A stretch of 64,000 nucleotides of DNA from a virus: IMG/VR virus record IMGVR_UViG_3300029220_000112; one strand, given 5' to 3'. The notes under the pieces are model-generated. The model made no database searches and was not told where the DNA came from. It was given only the letters and a program-made list of their open reading frames with translations. Of this stretch, positions 34,800 through 45,087 are shown one piece after another (within the stretch, counting starts at the first letter, position 1; the number at the start of each line of letters is the position of its first letter). A program made the translations under genes and the position numbers.

Positions 34800-35792
34800 A
34801 TGCAGGGCAAAAACATTAAAGTGCACCTTAAAAGAAAAATAGGTGATTGGGTGTCGAGTGTTGATGACGAAGCCATAAAAGATGCTATTAGCGACAATGC
34901 TATTATAACTGGCGGTGCGATTGTGTCACTTCTTCAAGACGAGAAACCGCATGATTATGACGTATATTTCAGAAACGAAAAAGCGTTAATACAGGTGGCG
35001 GAATATTATGTCAAAAAATATACTGAATTTGTCAAGGATAAACTTGATGATAAAGGCGTAAAACCTACTGTACAGAGGTGCTATTGGAACAAATCGTCAG
35101 AGAGATGGACTGTATTAAAAGAAAACGATAAGAAACGAGACGATGAGAGGGTGCGTGTTTTCGTTCGTAGTGTCGGAGCAGTTGGCGTTGACTATATTCC
35201 TCACGAGGAAACTGATGCCCAATATCGCAGAGCGATGGCGTTAATAGGCAACGAGTTGAAGAAGAGCACTAAAATTTCGGTTGACGACTTACCGCCATAC
35301 AGTCCGATATTTATTACAAATAATGCTATTACACTAAAAAATGGAGTTCAGATTGTACTTAGATTTTACGGAGAACCCGAAGAGATACATAAGAACTATG
35401 ATTTCGTCCATTGTACTTCATATTGGACGAGCTGGAATAACGCATTAGTTATGCCGCCGAGAGCTCTTGAGGCTATTATTAACAAAGAACTCTATTACAT
35501 CGGTAGTAAATATCCGCTTTGCTCGGTAATTCGTGCGCGAAAGTTTTTAAAGCGCGGATGGAATATAAATGCAGGACAATATGTCAAAATGATACTACAG
35601 CTTAACGCTCTCGATCTTACTAATCTTCATGTTTTTGAAGAACAGCTTATCGGGGTTGATAGCGCGTATTTTGGCGCTGTTATTAATAAGGTAAACACAC
35701 TACGAGAGGAAGGACAAAAGGTTGATGAGACTTATCTAATAAACCTCATTAACGAAGTGTTTGATGAAGGCGTTGAGGAGAATTACGGTTAA
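34800..35792 (+). CDS. polymerase-beta superfamily nucleotidyltransferase, CCA-adding/poly(A)-polymerase head-domain-like
   Basis: ITGGAIVSLLQDEKPHDYDVYF aligns to the class II tRNA nucleotidyltransferase motif GGAVRDLLLGRPPKDIDI. Confidence 0.5.
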   Translation: MQGKNIKVHLKRKIGDWVSSVDDEAIKDAISDNAIITGGAIVSLLQDEKPHDYDVYFRNEKALIQVAEYYVKKYTEFVKDKLDDKGVKPTVQRCYWNKSSERWTVLKENDKKRDDERVRVFVRSVGAVGVDYIPHEETDAQYRRAMALIGNELKKSTKISVDDLPPYSPIFITNNAITLKNGVQIVLRFYGEPEEIHKNYDFVHCTSYWTSWNNALVMPPRALEAIINKELYYIGSKYPLCSVIRARKFLKRGWNINAGQYVKMILQLNALDLTNLHVFEEQLIGVDSAYFGAVINKVNTLREEGQKVDETYLINLINEVFDEGVEENYG

Positions 35793-35837
35793 AATCCGAA
35801 ATGGTTTTAATAATAAAAATGAAAAGGAGTAAAACAA

Positions 35838-36779
35838 ATGGGATTTCAGAAAGCAAAAAGAGAACAGATTTGGCTTAAGGTGCTACTCGCGGGTCCAAGT
35901 GGAAGTGGTAAGACTTTTTCGGCGCTGAGACTGGCGAAGGGCATAGCCGCCGCTGCGGGTGGTAGAGTTGCCGCAATCGACACGGAGAATGGTCGTATAA
36001 GATATTACGCAAATGAGTTCGACTTCGACGACCTTCAGCTTCAGGCTCCGTATACTCCCGAGAAATACATTCAGGCTATTGAGGATGCGGTTGACGGCGG
36101 ATATAAGGCTCTTGTTATCGACAGCATAACTCATGAGTGGGATTACTGTGTTGATTATCACGACAAGATGCCGGGCAATTCTTATACCAACTGGGGTAAG
36201 GTAACTCCGAGACATGACGCCTTTATGGAAAAGGTTCTTCAGTCTCCCATACATATTATATCCACCGTTAGAGGCAAGGACACTTATGTTCTTGAGGATA
36301 GAAACGGAAAACAGGTTCCTAAGAAAGTCGGTATGGGCTACAAACAGAGAGATAACACGGAGTACAACTACACTCTAACCTTTAATATCGCGCAGGACAC
36401 CCACATAGCGGAAGCTCAGAAAGATAATACACACCTCTTCGAGGGCAGATACGATGTGCTGACCGAGCGCGACGGCAAGGCTCTGTTTGACTGGGCAAAC
36501 GCTGGCGACGCTCCCGCTCCGAAGCCGGTTAATAAATCCGCCGCAGAGGAAGAGCCGGTTGCAGATGTTCCTGTGGCTGAGAAGTCTAAGATAGAAATGG
36601 CTATAGACAGCATTAACAAACTCGCTAAAGAACTTGCAGACAGCGGCGTGGCGAAGAAAACGATTTCAGACACCATCAAGTCAGTTTCGGGTAGTGCAAA
36701 CTATAATAAGATAACTGACTTTGAGGTAGCGACAGATGTTTATAAGGAGCTTGTAGCCCTTAAAAATAAGGAGGATTAA
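35838..36779 (+). CDS. Sak4-like (AAA_24 / RecA-fold) phage recombination ATPase
   Basis: KVLLAGPSGSGKTFSAL Walker A, ALVIDSITH Walker B. Position next to the SSB gene. Confidence 0.6.
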   Translation: MGFQKAKREQIWLKVLLAGPSGSGKTFSALRLAKGIAAAAGGRVAAIDTENGRIRYYANEFDFDDLQLQAPYTPEKYIQAIEDAVDGGYKALVIDSITHEWDYCVDYHDKMPGNSYTNWGKVTPRHDAFMEKVLQSPIHIISTVRGKDTYVLEDRNGKQVPKKVGMGYKQRDNTEYNYTLTFNIAQDTHIAEAQKDNTHLFEGRYDVLTERDGKALFDWANAGDAPAPKPVNKSAAEEEPVADVPVAEKSKIEMAIDSINKLAKELADSGVAKKTISDTIKSVSGSANYNKITDFEVATDVYKELVALKNKED

Positions 36780-36785
36780 TTATTT

Positions 36786-37202
36786 ATGGTAGAGAATAAT
36801 GCAACAATCATCGGTAGACTTACGGGCGACGTAGAAATAAAAACCGCCGGTAACACAGATAACAGAGTGGCGAATTTCACTGTGGCTGTCAATCGTCCCA
36901 AGAGAAAGGACGCAGAAGACGAAGCAGATTTCATTCGTGTCAGGGCGTGGAACTCAACCGCCGACTTTATCGGAAAGTATTTCGGCAAGGGTTCTAAGAT
37001 AGGTGTCAGAGGCTCCATTCGTACAGACTCGTATAAGAACAAGGACGGCGAGAACAGAAGTGTGACATATGTCCTTGTTGATGAGGTCTGCTTTATCGAG
37101 TCTAAGTCAACTTCCAACGGCGGCTCTGAACCGAAAGCGAAGGCGAGCACAAAGAAAGCAAATGTTGATGTCACTACTGACGACGACGATCTGCCGTTCT
37201 GA
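36786..37202 (+). CDS. ssb: single-stranded DNA-binding protein
   Basis: OB-fold-like N-terminus (IGRLTGDVEIKTAGN...ANFTVAVNR) and classic acidic tail DDDDLPF. Confidence 0.85.
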   Translation: MVENNATIIGRLTGDVEIKTAGNTDNRVANFTVAVNRPKRKDAEDEADFIRVRAWNSTADFIGKYFGKGSKIGVRGSIRTDSYKNKDGENRSVTYVLVDEVCFIESKSTSNGGSEPKAKASTKKANVDVTTDDDDLPF

Positions 37203-37963
37203 TGAGACATATGGAAAAATACAGCTTTTCTAAGTTGTCTTCTTTCCATCAGTGTCCGTTGCAATATTGGTATACGTATATAGCTCGTGAGCAGGGAGAA
37301 AATAATGCTTTCGCACAGTACGGAAGTTTCGTTCACTCCCTGCTCGAACGCTGGGGCAAAGATGAACTTGCCGAGTATGAGTTATTGGGTGAATATGAAG
37401 ATAAGTTCTTCGACCGTGTAACTCAGGAATTTCCACCCAACAAATACACCGACTTGAGTAAGAAATATTATGACGACGGCGTACAGTTTTTGTCAAACTT
37501 CGAGGGCGTGGATGCGAAAGAGATACTCGGTATAGAAGAACACTTCGAGGAGCTAATTGCGGCGGCGGACGGAAGAGACAGCTTCATCATTCAGGGCTTT
37601 ATAGACCTTATATACATAGACTCGGCGGGACGGTTGGTAGTTCACGACTGGAAATCAAAAGCAAAATTTAAAAACCCCGCCGAGCAGAAGAAGTATGCGA
37701 GACAGTTATACATATATTCAATTTATGTCAAGCTGAGATATGGTAAGTTTCCCGATCTACTGAGATTCCATATGTTCCGTAATAGCAAAGATGTGGATAT
37801 CAAGTTCAACATTGACGACTATTACGAAGCAATAAACTGGATGCAGGAGACGGTAAAGGAAATCCGGGATTGCGGTGAGTTTGAAAGCCGACCGGATGAT
37901 TTTTATTGCCAATATCTATGCGACATGAGACTAAAATGCTGTGGGGAGACGGCGACGAAGTAA
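37202..37963 (+). CDS. PD-(D/E)xK nuclease, Cas4/RecB-like with C-terminal Cys cluster
   Basis: N-terminal QCPLQYWY, GFIDLIY...DWK core, C-terminal C...C...CC pattern as in Cas4/AddB Fe-S nucleases. Confidence 0.55.
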   Translation: MRHMEKYSFSKLSSFHQCPLQYWYTYIAREQGENNAFAQYGSFVHSLLERWGKDELAEYELLGEYEDKFFDRVTQEFPPNKYTDLSKKYYDDGVQFLSNFEGVDAKEILGIEEHFEELIAAADGRDSFIIQGFIDLIYIDSAGRLVVHDWKSKAKFKNPAEQKKYARQLYIYSIYVKLRYGKFPDLLRFHMFRNSKDVDIKFNIDDYYEAINWMQETVKEIRDCGEFESRPDDFYCQYLCDMRLKCCGETATK

Positions 37964-38045
37964 AGGAGGTTGATGATTTATACAGGTATTAAAAAGCGAT
38001 ATTCAAAGAGCGAAAGAGAAATTAGGGGACAGAAACGCCGAGATT

Positions 38046-39926
38046 ATGGTGGAACTGCTCGGTATTACGAATTGGAACCCCTCAAGAAGAGTCGGGTGTT
38101 GCCCGAACCCCGAACACATAGACAAGAATCCGTCGTGCTCGTATAACCCCAAGACTTATTCTTTTCATTGCTTTGCGTGTGGCTTTACCTGTGACATCAT
38201 AGATGCCTATATCACATCCAAGAAGTGTACTTTTCTTGAAGCGTGTGAGATGCTTTTTGATGAGGCGGGTATACAGTATTCATTCGCAGAGCGCGGAACA
38301 AAAGACAGGGCATACAAATACCCCAAGCCCAAGTACGCCGACAACAAAGAAGAGGTGTATAAGTATTGGCGGAAGAGAAAAATATCACCTGAAACAATAG
38401 ATTATCTGAATATACAGCAGGACGAAAAAGGAAACACCTTGTTCCAGTATTTCGACCTGAATGACGTGCTCGTAATGTGTAAAGTCCGCAAGTCACGCGC
38501 AGTGCCTCACGGTGAACTTAAGATATGGTATCTCGAAAACAGCGATTGCTGTAATGTCCTTTACAACATCAACAAAATAAATACCACTCAGCCGTTGATA
38601 ATATGTACCGGCGAAGGCGACTGTGCCGCACTCATTGAGTGCGGTTTTTACAACTCCGTAAGCATTAACGGCGGCGACCAGAATACGAAGTGGATTGAAG
38701 AGTGCTGGGATTTTCTGCAAGAGTTTGACGAAATCATCCTCGTCCACGACAACGACAGAAGCGGCGAGGAATACATAAAGAAAGTTGCTCCGAGGTTGGG
38801 CGAATATCGCGTCAAGGTTGCAGAAATCCCGTTGTCTCACACCAATGCAGACGGCGAGAAAGTTCGCATAAAAGACATAAACGAACTGCTGTTCTTTGAG
38901 GGGAAAGAGGCGGTCAGAGATGTAATCAATAACGCGAAAGAGTCTGAGATTCCCGCGATAGTCGATTACACCGAAGTAAAGAGATTTGATATGTCGGATG
39001 TCGAGGGGTTTACAACGGGCTTTGAAGATTTGGACGCTGCGCTCGGCAAGAACTATATGGGTTCTACAACGCTCATAACCGGAATAGCTTCTGCGGGTAA
39101 AAGCTCTCTGATATCGACGCTTGTATGCCGATCTATAGAGCAGGGTTATCCTTGTTTTATATACAGCGGAGAGCTTTCAAACCCGTCGTTGAAAAACTGG
39201 ATTGACTTTGTTCACGCAGGACAGCGGGGGCTTGAAGAAGTGCAGGGCGAACACGGCAAGTATTACAGAATCAAGTCTGATGTGTACAGAAAAATCAATT
39301 CCTATTATCGCGGACAGCTTTACTTCTACAAAGATTCGTTCTCACATAAGACTGAAGACCTCCTCGCGACGGCGGAGAGTGCGGTAAGAAGGCTTGGAGT
39401 AAAAACGGTATTCTTCGACAATCTCACATCTGTGGATCTGTCGTGCGACGATAACTCAAAGTGGACTAAGCAGGAAGATTTTATAAGACAAATCATTGAC
39501 TTTGCAAAACGATGGAATGTAGCTTGCTTTGTGGTTATTCACCCGAAGAAAATGGAGCAGGTACGCAAGATGAGCATCTTTGACCTACAGGGCGTTGCTG
39601 CCGCTGCCAACCTTGCACAGCGTGTTATATCGCTGTACCGAGTATCACCTAAAGATAAAAAGGGTGTTGTTGGTAGAAACGGCAAGTTTATTACGCCGCC
39701 CATGAAAGGCAGTGTTGTCCTTGAAGTTCTCAAAGACCGATATGGTAGTGCGAACAACAAGGAATTTGCTCTGTACTACGACAACCCGAGTAAGAGATTC
39801 TACACAACGCCGCAGAATCTTGCCCATGCTTATGGGTGGGAAGTCGCCGACGGCGTGACAAGTGCGGAGTTGCCTTACGGCACTCCTGCTTATGACGAAG
39901 ATATGGACGAGGAGGTGTTTGGTTGA
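38046..39926 (+). CDS. bifunctional primase-helicase (DnaG-like zinc-binding/TOPRIM primase fused to DnaB-like helicase)
   Basis: CHC2 zinc finger CPNPEHIDKNPSCSYNPKTYSFHCFACGFTCDIID. TOPRIM ICTGEGDCAAL...DNDRSGEE. Walker A GIASAGKSSLIST in the C-terminal half. Confidence 0.8.
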   Translation: MVELLGITNWNPSRRVGCCPNPEHIDKNPSCSYNPKTYSFHCFACGFTCDIIDAYITSKKCTFLEACEMLFDEAGIQYSFAERGTKDRAYKYPKPKYADNKEEVYKYWRKRKISPETIDYLNIQQDEKGNTLFQYFDLNDVLVMCKVRKSRAVPHGELKIWYLENSDCCNVLYNINKINTTQPLIICTGEGDCAALIECGFYNSVSINGGDQNTKWIEECWDFLQEFDEIILVHDNDRSGEEYIKKVAPRLGEYRVKVAEIPLSHTNADGEKVRIKDINELLFFEGKEAVRDVINNAKESEIPAIVDYTEVKRFDMSDVEGFTTGFEDLDAALGKNYMGSTTLITGIASAGKSSLISTLVCRSIEQGYPCFIYSGELSNPSLKNWIDFVHAGQRGLEEVQGEHGKYYRIKSDVYRKINSYYRGQLYFYKDSFSHKTEDLLATAESAVRRLGVKTVFFDNLTSVDLSCDDNSKWTKQEDFIRQIIDFAKRWNVACFVVIHPKKMEQVRKMSIFDLQGVAAAANLAQRVISLYRVSPKDKKGVVGRNGKFITPPMKGSVVLEVLKDRYGSANNKEFALYYDNPSKRFYTTPQNLAHAYGWEVADGVTSAELPYGTPAYDEDMDEEVFG

Positions 39927-42900
39927 CAGACAACTTAGTAATTTATCATCTACATAGTGATAACAGTCTGCTGGACAGTTGCACAGGCTACAAGCTGTAT
40001 ATCGACAGAGCCGCTGAACTTGGACAACCAGCTATAGCGTTCAGCGAACACGGAAAACCACTCAACTGGGTCAAGAAAAAGATGTATTGTGATGAAAAAG
40101 GAATTAAATACATCCACGGCGTTGAGATATACCTCACTGAAAGCCTTAATGAAAGGGTCAGAGACAACTACCATACGGTGCTTATAGCTCGAAACGAACA
40201 GGGTGTGAAAGAACTCAACCTTGCAGTGTCGAAATCATGTGATAAAGACCACTTTTATTATGTAAATAGATTGAGTTTTGACGAGTTTCTGAAGCTGTCC
40301 AACAACATTATCACGACGAGCGCGTGCCTTGCAAGTCCTCTAAATAAGCTTCCCGTAGACCATCCGATGTACGAGAGTCTTATTAAGCGATATGACTTCC
40401 TTGAGATTCAGGCTCACGATTGTCAGGAGCAGAGAGACTTTAATGTGCATTTGGCAGAGCTTGCGAAGAAGTACAGTAAGCCGCTGATAGCAGGAACCGA
40501 TACTCACTCGCTTGACAAATATAAAGCTGAGTGCCGCAAGATATTGCTCAAATATAAAAACAAGTCCTACGGTGACGAAGATACATACGACCTCACATAT
40601 AAGTCCCGTGAAGAGTTGGACGCTGCATTTGCAAGGCAGGGTGTTCTACCTCCCGAGCTTTACAGACAGGCTATGGACAACACGCTTGTAATGGCTGATA
40701 TGGTAGAGCCGTTCGAGCTTGATACATCTATTAAATACCCGATACTGTACGGGTCGGCTGAAGAGGATAGCCGAATAGAAGCTGAGCGTGTTGACCGAAT
40801 GTTCAAAGAGAAGCTTGAGACGGGGGTTATACCGCCCGAACAGGAAGAGGGTTTTAGGTCAGCGTTAGTGGAAGAAAGACGAGTTTTTGAGAAGCTTGGT
40901 ATGAGTGGGTTTATGCTCTGTATGAGCGAGTTGATATGTTGGTGCAAAGAAAATGATGTACCGGTTGGTCCCGGGCGAGGTTCTGCGGGTGGTTCGAGAA
41001 CCGCTTTTGTTACAGATATAATTGACTGCAATCCGGAGCAGTGGCATACAGTATTCTCTCGTTTTGCAAACGAAGATAGGAAAGAAATTGGGGACATTGA
41101 CGTCGATGTTAAGAAGACCGACCAACCCAAAGTCTTTAATTACATATATAAGCGTTTCGGGGCTCGTAAGACGTCGAGAGTCCCGTCGTTCGGAACTTTA
41201 CAGAAAAGCGCTGTTATAAAATGTATCGGCAACGCTCTCGCAAAATATTGGGAAGAAGAGAGAACCGGCAAACCTTTTAGACCCGCTGATAAATTTTCGC
41301 CAGACAATCCGTATTCTCTGTCTAATGTAGATAAGATTGCAAGTCAGTTCGCGGCGGATGAGGGCGATACAAGGACTAAATTTCCTAAACTTTTTTACTA
41401 TTACGACGGGCTTTTAGACACGAAAGTTTCTCAGTCGATTCATGCTGCGGGTATAGTAATCAGCCCGTTAACCCTCGATGATACATATGGGGTCTTCGAT
41501 AAGGATGGCGACCCGTGCCTTTTTATAGATATGGACGAGTTGCACGAAGTCGGAGCGGCCAAGTTTGACTTTCTCCCGCTTAGTAATGTTGGAATTATTA
41601 GCGATACCTGTAAACTCGCGGGTATACATTATCCGCGTATGAATGAGATTAATTTTGACGACCAAGCAGTATGGAAAGATATGCTAAGAAGTCCCGTAGG
41701 AATTTTTCAGATGGAATCATCTTTTGCGTTCTCGCTGTTAAAGACGTTTGAGCCCCATTCAATTTTTGATATGGCTTTGGTGACAGCAGCTATTCGACCG
41801 TCGGGAGCTTCGTATAGAGATAGGCTAATGAAAAAAATTCCTAATAAAAACCCGTCAAAGGAAATAGACGAGCTCCTTAAGAATAACTTGGGGTATCTAA
41901 TATTTCAGGAGGATATTATAGCGTTTCTTCAGCAAATGTGTGGGTTGTCAGGTAGCGAGGCTGATAATGTTAGACGAGCTATAGGGCGTAAAGACGCCGA
42001 GAGGTTAGAAAAAGCAATACCAAAGATACTTAACGGGTATTGTGAGCATTCGAGTAAACCAAGAAAAAAAGCAGAAGAGGATGCGAAGGCTTTCTTAAAA
42101 GTAATCGAGGACGCATCTGAGTACAGTTTTGGTTACAACCACGCTGTAGAATATTGTCTTACGGGGTATTTGTGTGCATATCTTCGCAAATATTATCCCT
42201 GTGAATTTATTACGACTTATCTGAATAGAGCTGCCAAAGAAGAGGATGTCGTCAACGGTACTACGCTTGCCGCCGAATATGGATTTAAGGTAACACCTCC
42301 TCGTTTCGGAGCGTCAAGAGATGTCTTCTATTTTAACAAGGATAAAAAAGAAATAGCAAAGGGGTTGACGAGTGTTAAGTATATGTCCGCTGCTCTTGCA
42401 AATGAGCTGTATGACATATACGACGAGGTAAAAGGAAAATCGTTTATGGAAGTTCTCAAAGCTCTCTCGAAGACCTCTATTGATACGCGACAGCTCGACA
42501 TCCTAATTAAAATTGGCTACTTTGAAGAGTTTGGAAATATGGGAGAGCTGTTGAAGCTTGTACAGGTGTACTCGTTCTTTAAGAACGGAACTGCAAAATC
42601 TGTTAGCAAGTCCAAGGTTGTAGGTTTCCTTGCGGATATCATTTCAGATTATGCAACAGATAAAGGCGTTAAGGGGAATGAGCTTAAGTCTTACACAATA
42701 ACCGACATGGACGGGCTTTTAGCTGCCTGTGAAGAGCAAATCAGAAAATCAGATGTTCCGGACTTAACCCTTAAAGTCAAAATACAGAATAGTATCGAGT
42801 ATCTTGGCTATGTTGGTATTCAGACCGGACTGCCCGAAGACAGGAGAAAGCTTTTGATAACAGAAGTATTCCCCATGCGTGGACAGAACGGTGTGCCGTG

Positions 42901-43072
42901 GGGATATAAAGTGAATACGCAGAGTCTGGGTACAGGTAAGCAGTCGTCGTTGACGATACCGGCGAGAATATATGCCGAGAATCAGGTAGCGAAGGGTGAT
43001 ATCGTGTATGCCGAAAACTGCTACAAGAATCCGAAAGGATATTGGTATCTTAATTCCTATAGAAAGATATGA
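39923..43072 (+). CDS. dnaE: DNA polymerase III alpha subunit (DnaE-type, PHP domain)
   Basis: PHP motif YHLHSDNSLLDS...FSEHG. Pol III core motif GPGRGSAGGS. 1049 aa. Confidence 0.85.
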   Translation: MTDNLVIYHLHSDNSLLDSCTGYKLYIDRAAELGQPAIAFSEHGKPLNWVKKKMYCDEKGIKYIHGVEIYLTESLNERVRDNYHTVLIARNEQGVKELNLAVSKSCDKDHFYYVNRLSFDEFLKLSNNIITTSACLASPLNKLPVDHPMYESLIKRYDFLEIQAHDCQEQRDFNVHLAELAKKYSKPLIAGTDTHSLDKYKAECRKILLKYKNKSYGDEDTYDLTYKSREELDAAFARQGVLPPELYRQAMDNTLVMADMVEPFELDTSIKYPILYGSAEEDSRIEAERVDRMFKEKLETGVIPPEQEEGFRSALVEERRVFEKLGMSGFMLCMSELICWCKENDVPVGPGRGSAGGSRTAFVTDIIDCNPEQWHTVFSRFANEDRKEIGDIDVDVKKTDQPKVFNYIYKRFGARKTSRVPSFGTLQKSAVIKCIGNALAKYWEEERTGKPFRPADKFSPDNPYSLSNVDKIASQFAADEGDTRTKFPKLFYYYDGLLDTKVSQSIHAAGIVISPLTLDDTYGVFDKDGDPCLFIDMDELHEVGAAKFDFLPLSNVGIISDTCKLAGIHYPRMNEINFDDQAVWKDMLRSPVGIFQMESSFAFSLLKTFEPHSIFDMALVTAAIRPSGASYRDRLMKKIPNKNPSKEIDELLKNNLGYLIFQEDIIAFLQQMCGLSGSEADNVRRAIGRKDAERLEKAIPKILNGYCEHSSKPRKKAEEDAKAFLKVIEDASEYSFGYNHAVEYCLTGYLCAYLRKYYPCEFITTYLNRAAKEEDVVNGTTLAAEYGFKVTPPRFGASRDVFYFNKDKKEIAKGLTSVKYMSAALANELYDIYDEVKGKSFMEVLKALSKTSIDTRQLDILIKIGYFEEFGNMGELLKLVQVYSFFKNGTAKSVSKSKVVGFLADIISDYATDKGVKGNELKSYTITDMDGLLAACEEQIRKSDVPDLTLKVKIQNSIEYLGYVGIQTGLPEDRRKLLITEVFPMRGQNGVPWGYKVNTQSLGTGKQSSLTIPARIYAENQVAKGDIVYAENCYKNPKGYWYLNSYRKI

Positions 43073-43320
43073 GGTGTAAAATGAAGCCACAATCCAAGAG
43101 AGATAAAAGAGCTCAGATTCTTCACGATGAATTACAGTATTGGGGTTTAATTAGTTATGAGTCGGATATGAGAGCTGTAAAAGCTATTGCTAACGAGTTG
43201 CCTCGAAGAATGTTAGTAAGGGTCATTTCGAAATTAAGAAGGATGCGCGGCGTTGATGGATTCGTTGTACCACGCGGGGTTGCGATGCAGGAAGGAGAGT
43301 CGAATGTTTTTTATGATTGA
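43069..43320 (+). CDS. hypothetical small protein
   Basis: Overlap-coupled (ATGA) to dnaE. Confidence 0.4.
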   Translation: MRCKMKPQSKRDKRAQILHDELQYWGLISYESDMRAVKAIANELPRRMLVRVISKLRRMRGVDGFVVPRGVAMQEGESNVFYD

Positions 43321-43473
43321 ACTAATAGCGGTTATCTTGCAAGTTGCTACATTTATCCCGTTTTATTTAGTTTGGAGAAAAGATTGTAAAGAAATCGACA
43401 AAGACAACTTAGCGGTATCGTTGTACGAGCGTTTTGCTGCGTATATTGTATATGTTCCGTTAGAAAATATGAG

Positions 43474-43791
43474 GTGATGACTATGGATTGGAGAGGACGA
43501 AAATATTACGCGGTTAGCTTCTCCCCGGAGGCGTTAGACATGAGGATTCGGTTTATTAAACTTATAGGTTCGGGTGTTAAAATTCGTTTTAGCACTGATG
43601 TGCCGCGACAGAAAGATGAGCTTGAAGAACGAGGTCGTTATCAATGTCTGATAGGATGCCATTTTGACCAAAGTGAGACAGTAGAGTATGAACTCAAAAA
43701 AGCCGAACGCAATGATTACTATTGTTTTTGGAGAGAGATTAAGGAGGCAAAATCAGAGAAGCTCTTGAAAAGCAGATACGGACTGAACTAA
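43474..43791 (+). CDS. hypothetical protein
   Basis: GAGGTGATGACT then ATG. Confidence 0.4.
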   Translation: MMTMDWRGRKYYAVSFSPEALDMRIRFIKLIGSGVKIRFSTDVPRQKDELEERGRYQCLIGCHFDQSETVEYELKKAERNDYYCFWREIKEAKSEKLLKSRYGLN

Positions 43792-43807
43792 TAGAGGAGG
43801 ACAGCAA

Positions 43808-44032
43808 ATGAAAATCCCAAAATATGTAGATACTGCGCTAAAGCGAAAGACTTTGTATGCCGAAAAACTTAGCAATGCAATGTGTATAGTTGACGAATTT
43901 CTCGACAAGAACAAAATCAAATGTGAAAATTATGATACTCATACAGGCGTAGAAATCTATTGTAATCCTCATGATAGTGAAATGCGAATAAGAAAATGTA
44001 TTGAAGAAGCAGGTGAAGAAGATGATGTATAA
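43808..44032 (+). CDS. hypothetical small protein
   Basis: GAGGAGGACAGCAA then ATG. Confidence 0.45.
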   Translation: MKIPKYVDTALKRKTLYAEKLSNAMCIVDEFLDKNKIKCENYDTHTGVEIYCNPHDSEMRIRKCIEEAGEEDDV

Positions 44033-44304
44033 AGATGTGCTTCGCGAGGTATTGAATCGAGTTTATCGAAACACAGATGATTGTGATGTGAAGCCAGTTA
44101 AGGTAGCGCTTGATAGCGCGGTTATGGTTGTAGGTGATGCGCGTAGCGCCATTGATGTAAGTGCTGCGACATTAACAGATATGGTTGAGTCGGTTAAGAC
44201 AGTTAATGATAAGCTTTATGAGATTGCTTATAAAGACGGTAATCTTGAAATGAAAGAAATAAAATGATGGTTGCGCGCAACTGTAGGAAAGGAGATTAGG
44301 TGGC

Positions 44305-44862
44305 ATGATGATTTATGTGATACCTAAAGACGATGATAAACCTATTAAAATCGTTTTTGAGGGTGGGAAAGGGTCTGGTTCCATAGTAGAAGATGATCAG
44401 GTATATCTCATTGATGAACACCCAAGCCCTGAAGAAGTTGGAAAAGCGTTTAGAATGTTATATGAAAGATTAATGTCTATAGAAGAAGAAGCTCTCGAAA
44501 AGCAGATACCAAAGAAGCCGATAAACGAAGGGTGCTATTACTTATGTCCTTGTTGCCGAGGCGACTTGGGTGTTTCGGATGATGATATTTTTATCTATGA
44601 ACTTTCGATGCCTAAATATTGCAGTAATTGCGGATGTGTGCTTGACTGGACGGAGGTCGACTATTGGCTTAGACAGGGTTATTCTCTTGAAGACACAAAC
44701 GAACTGATAAAAACCAGTACCGTTCTTTCCAAGATAGGTCTGATTGATTCCGCTGAGGCAACTCAGTACCTCACCTCAGCTATTAGCGGTCTCGCTGAAG
44801 GTATGAGTAACGCCGCAAAACTCGGTACGTCTTGCAATGTTGAAGTGGACGGAGGGGATTGA
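44305..44862 (+). CDS. hypothetical zinc-ribbon protein (shares the EEALEKQIPKK plus CxxC module with 46516-46860)
   Basis: GGAAAGGAGATTAGG then TGG..ATG. CPCC...CSNCGC. Confidence 0.45.
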   Translation: MMIYVIPKDDDKPIKIVFEGGKGSGSIVEDDQVYLIDEHPSPEEVGKAFRMLYERLMSIEEEALEKQIPKKPINEGCYYLCPCCRGDLGVSDDDIFIYELSMPKYCSNCGCVLDWTEVDYWLRQGYSLEDTNELIKTSTVLSKIGLIDSAEATQYLTSAISGLAEGMSNAAKLGTSCNVEVDGGD

Positions 44863-45087
44863 ATGAGCTTAGGAAGCGATTATTTAGCTGAATATGCGTT
44901 TGAGCGGGATTATCCACACGGGGTCAACGGCGACGAGTGGAGAGATGCTTGTGGCGTAGTACACAAGCTAAAAGATATGTCGGAGTCATATATTAAAAAT
45001 GTGATGAGGTTTATCGGCAAAGATGACGACTTTTGGTATGCGTGTGAGGCTGAGCTAAATAGGAGACTGGACTATGACAGACATTAA
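44863..45087 (+). CDS. hypothetical small protein
   Basis: Coupled ORF. Confidence 0.4.
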   Translation: MSLGSDYLAEYAFERDYPHGVNGDEWRDACGVVHKLKDMSESYIKNVMRFIGKDDDFWYACEAELNRRLDYDRH

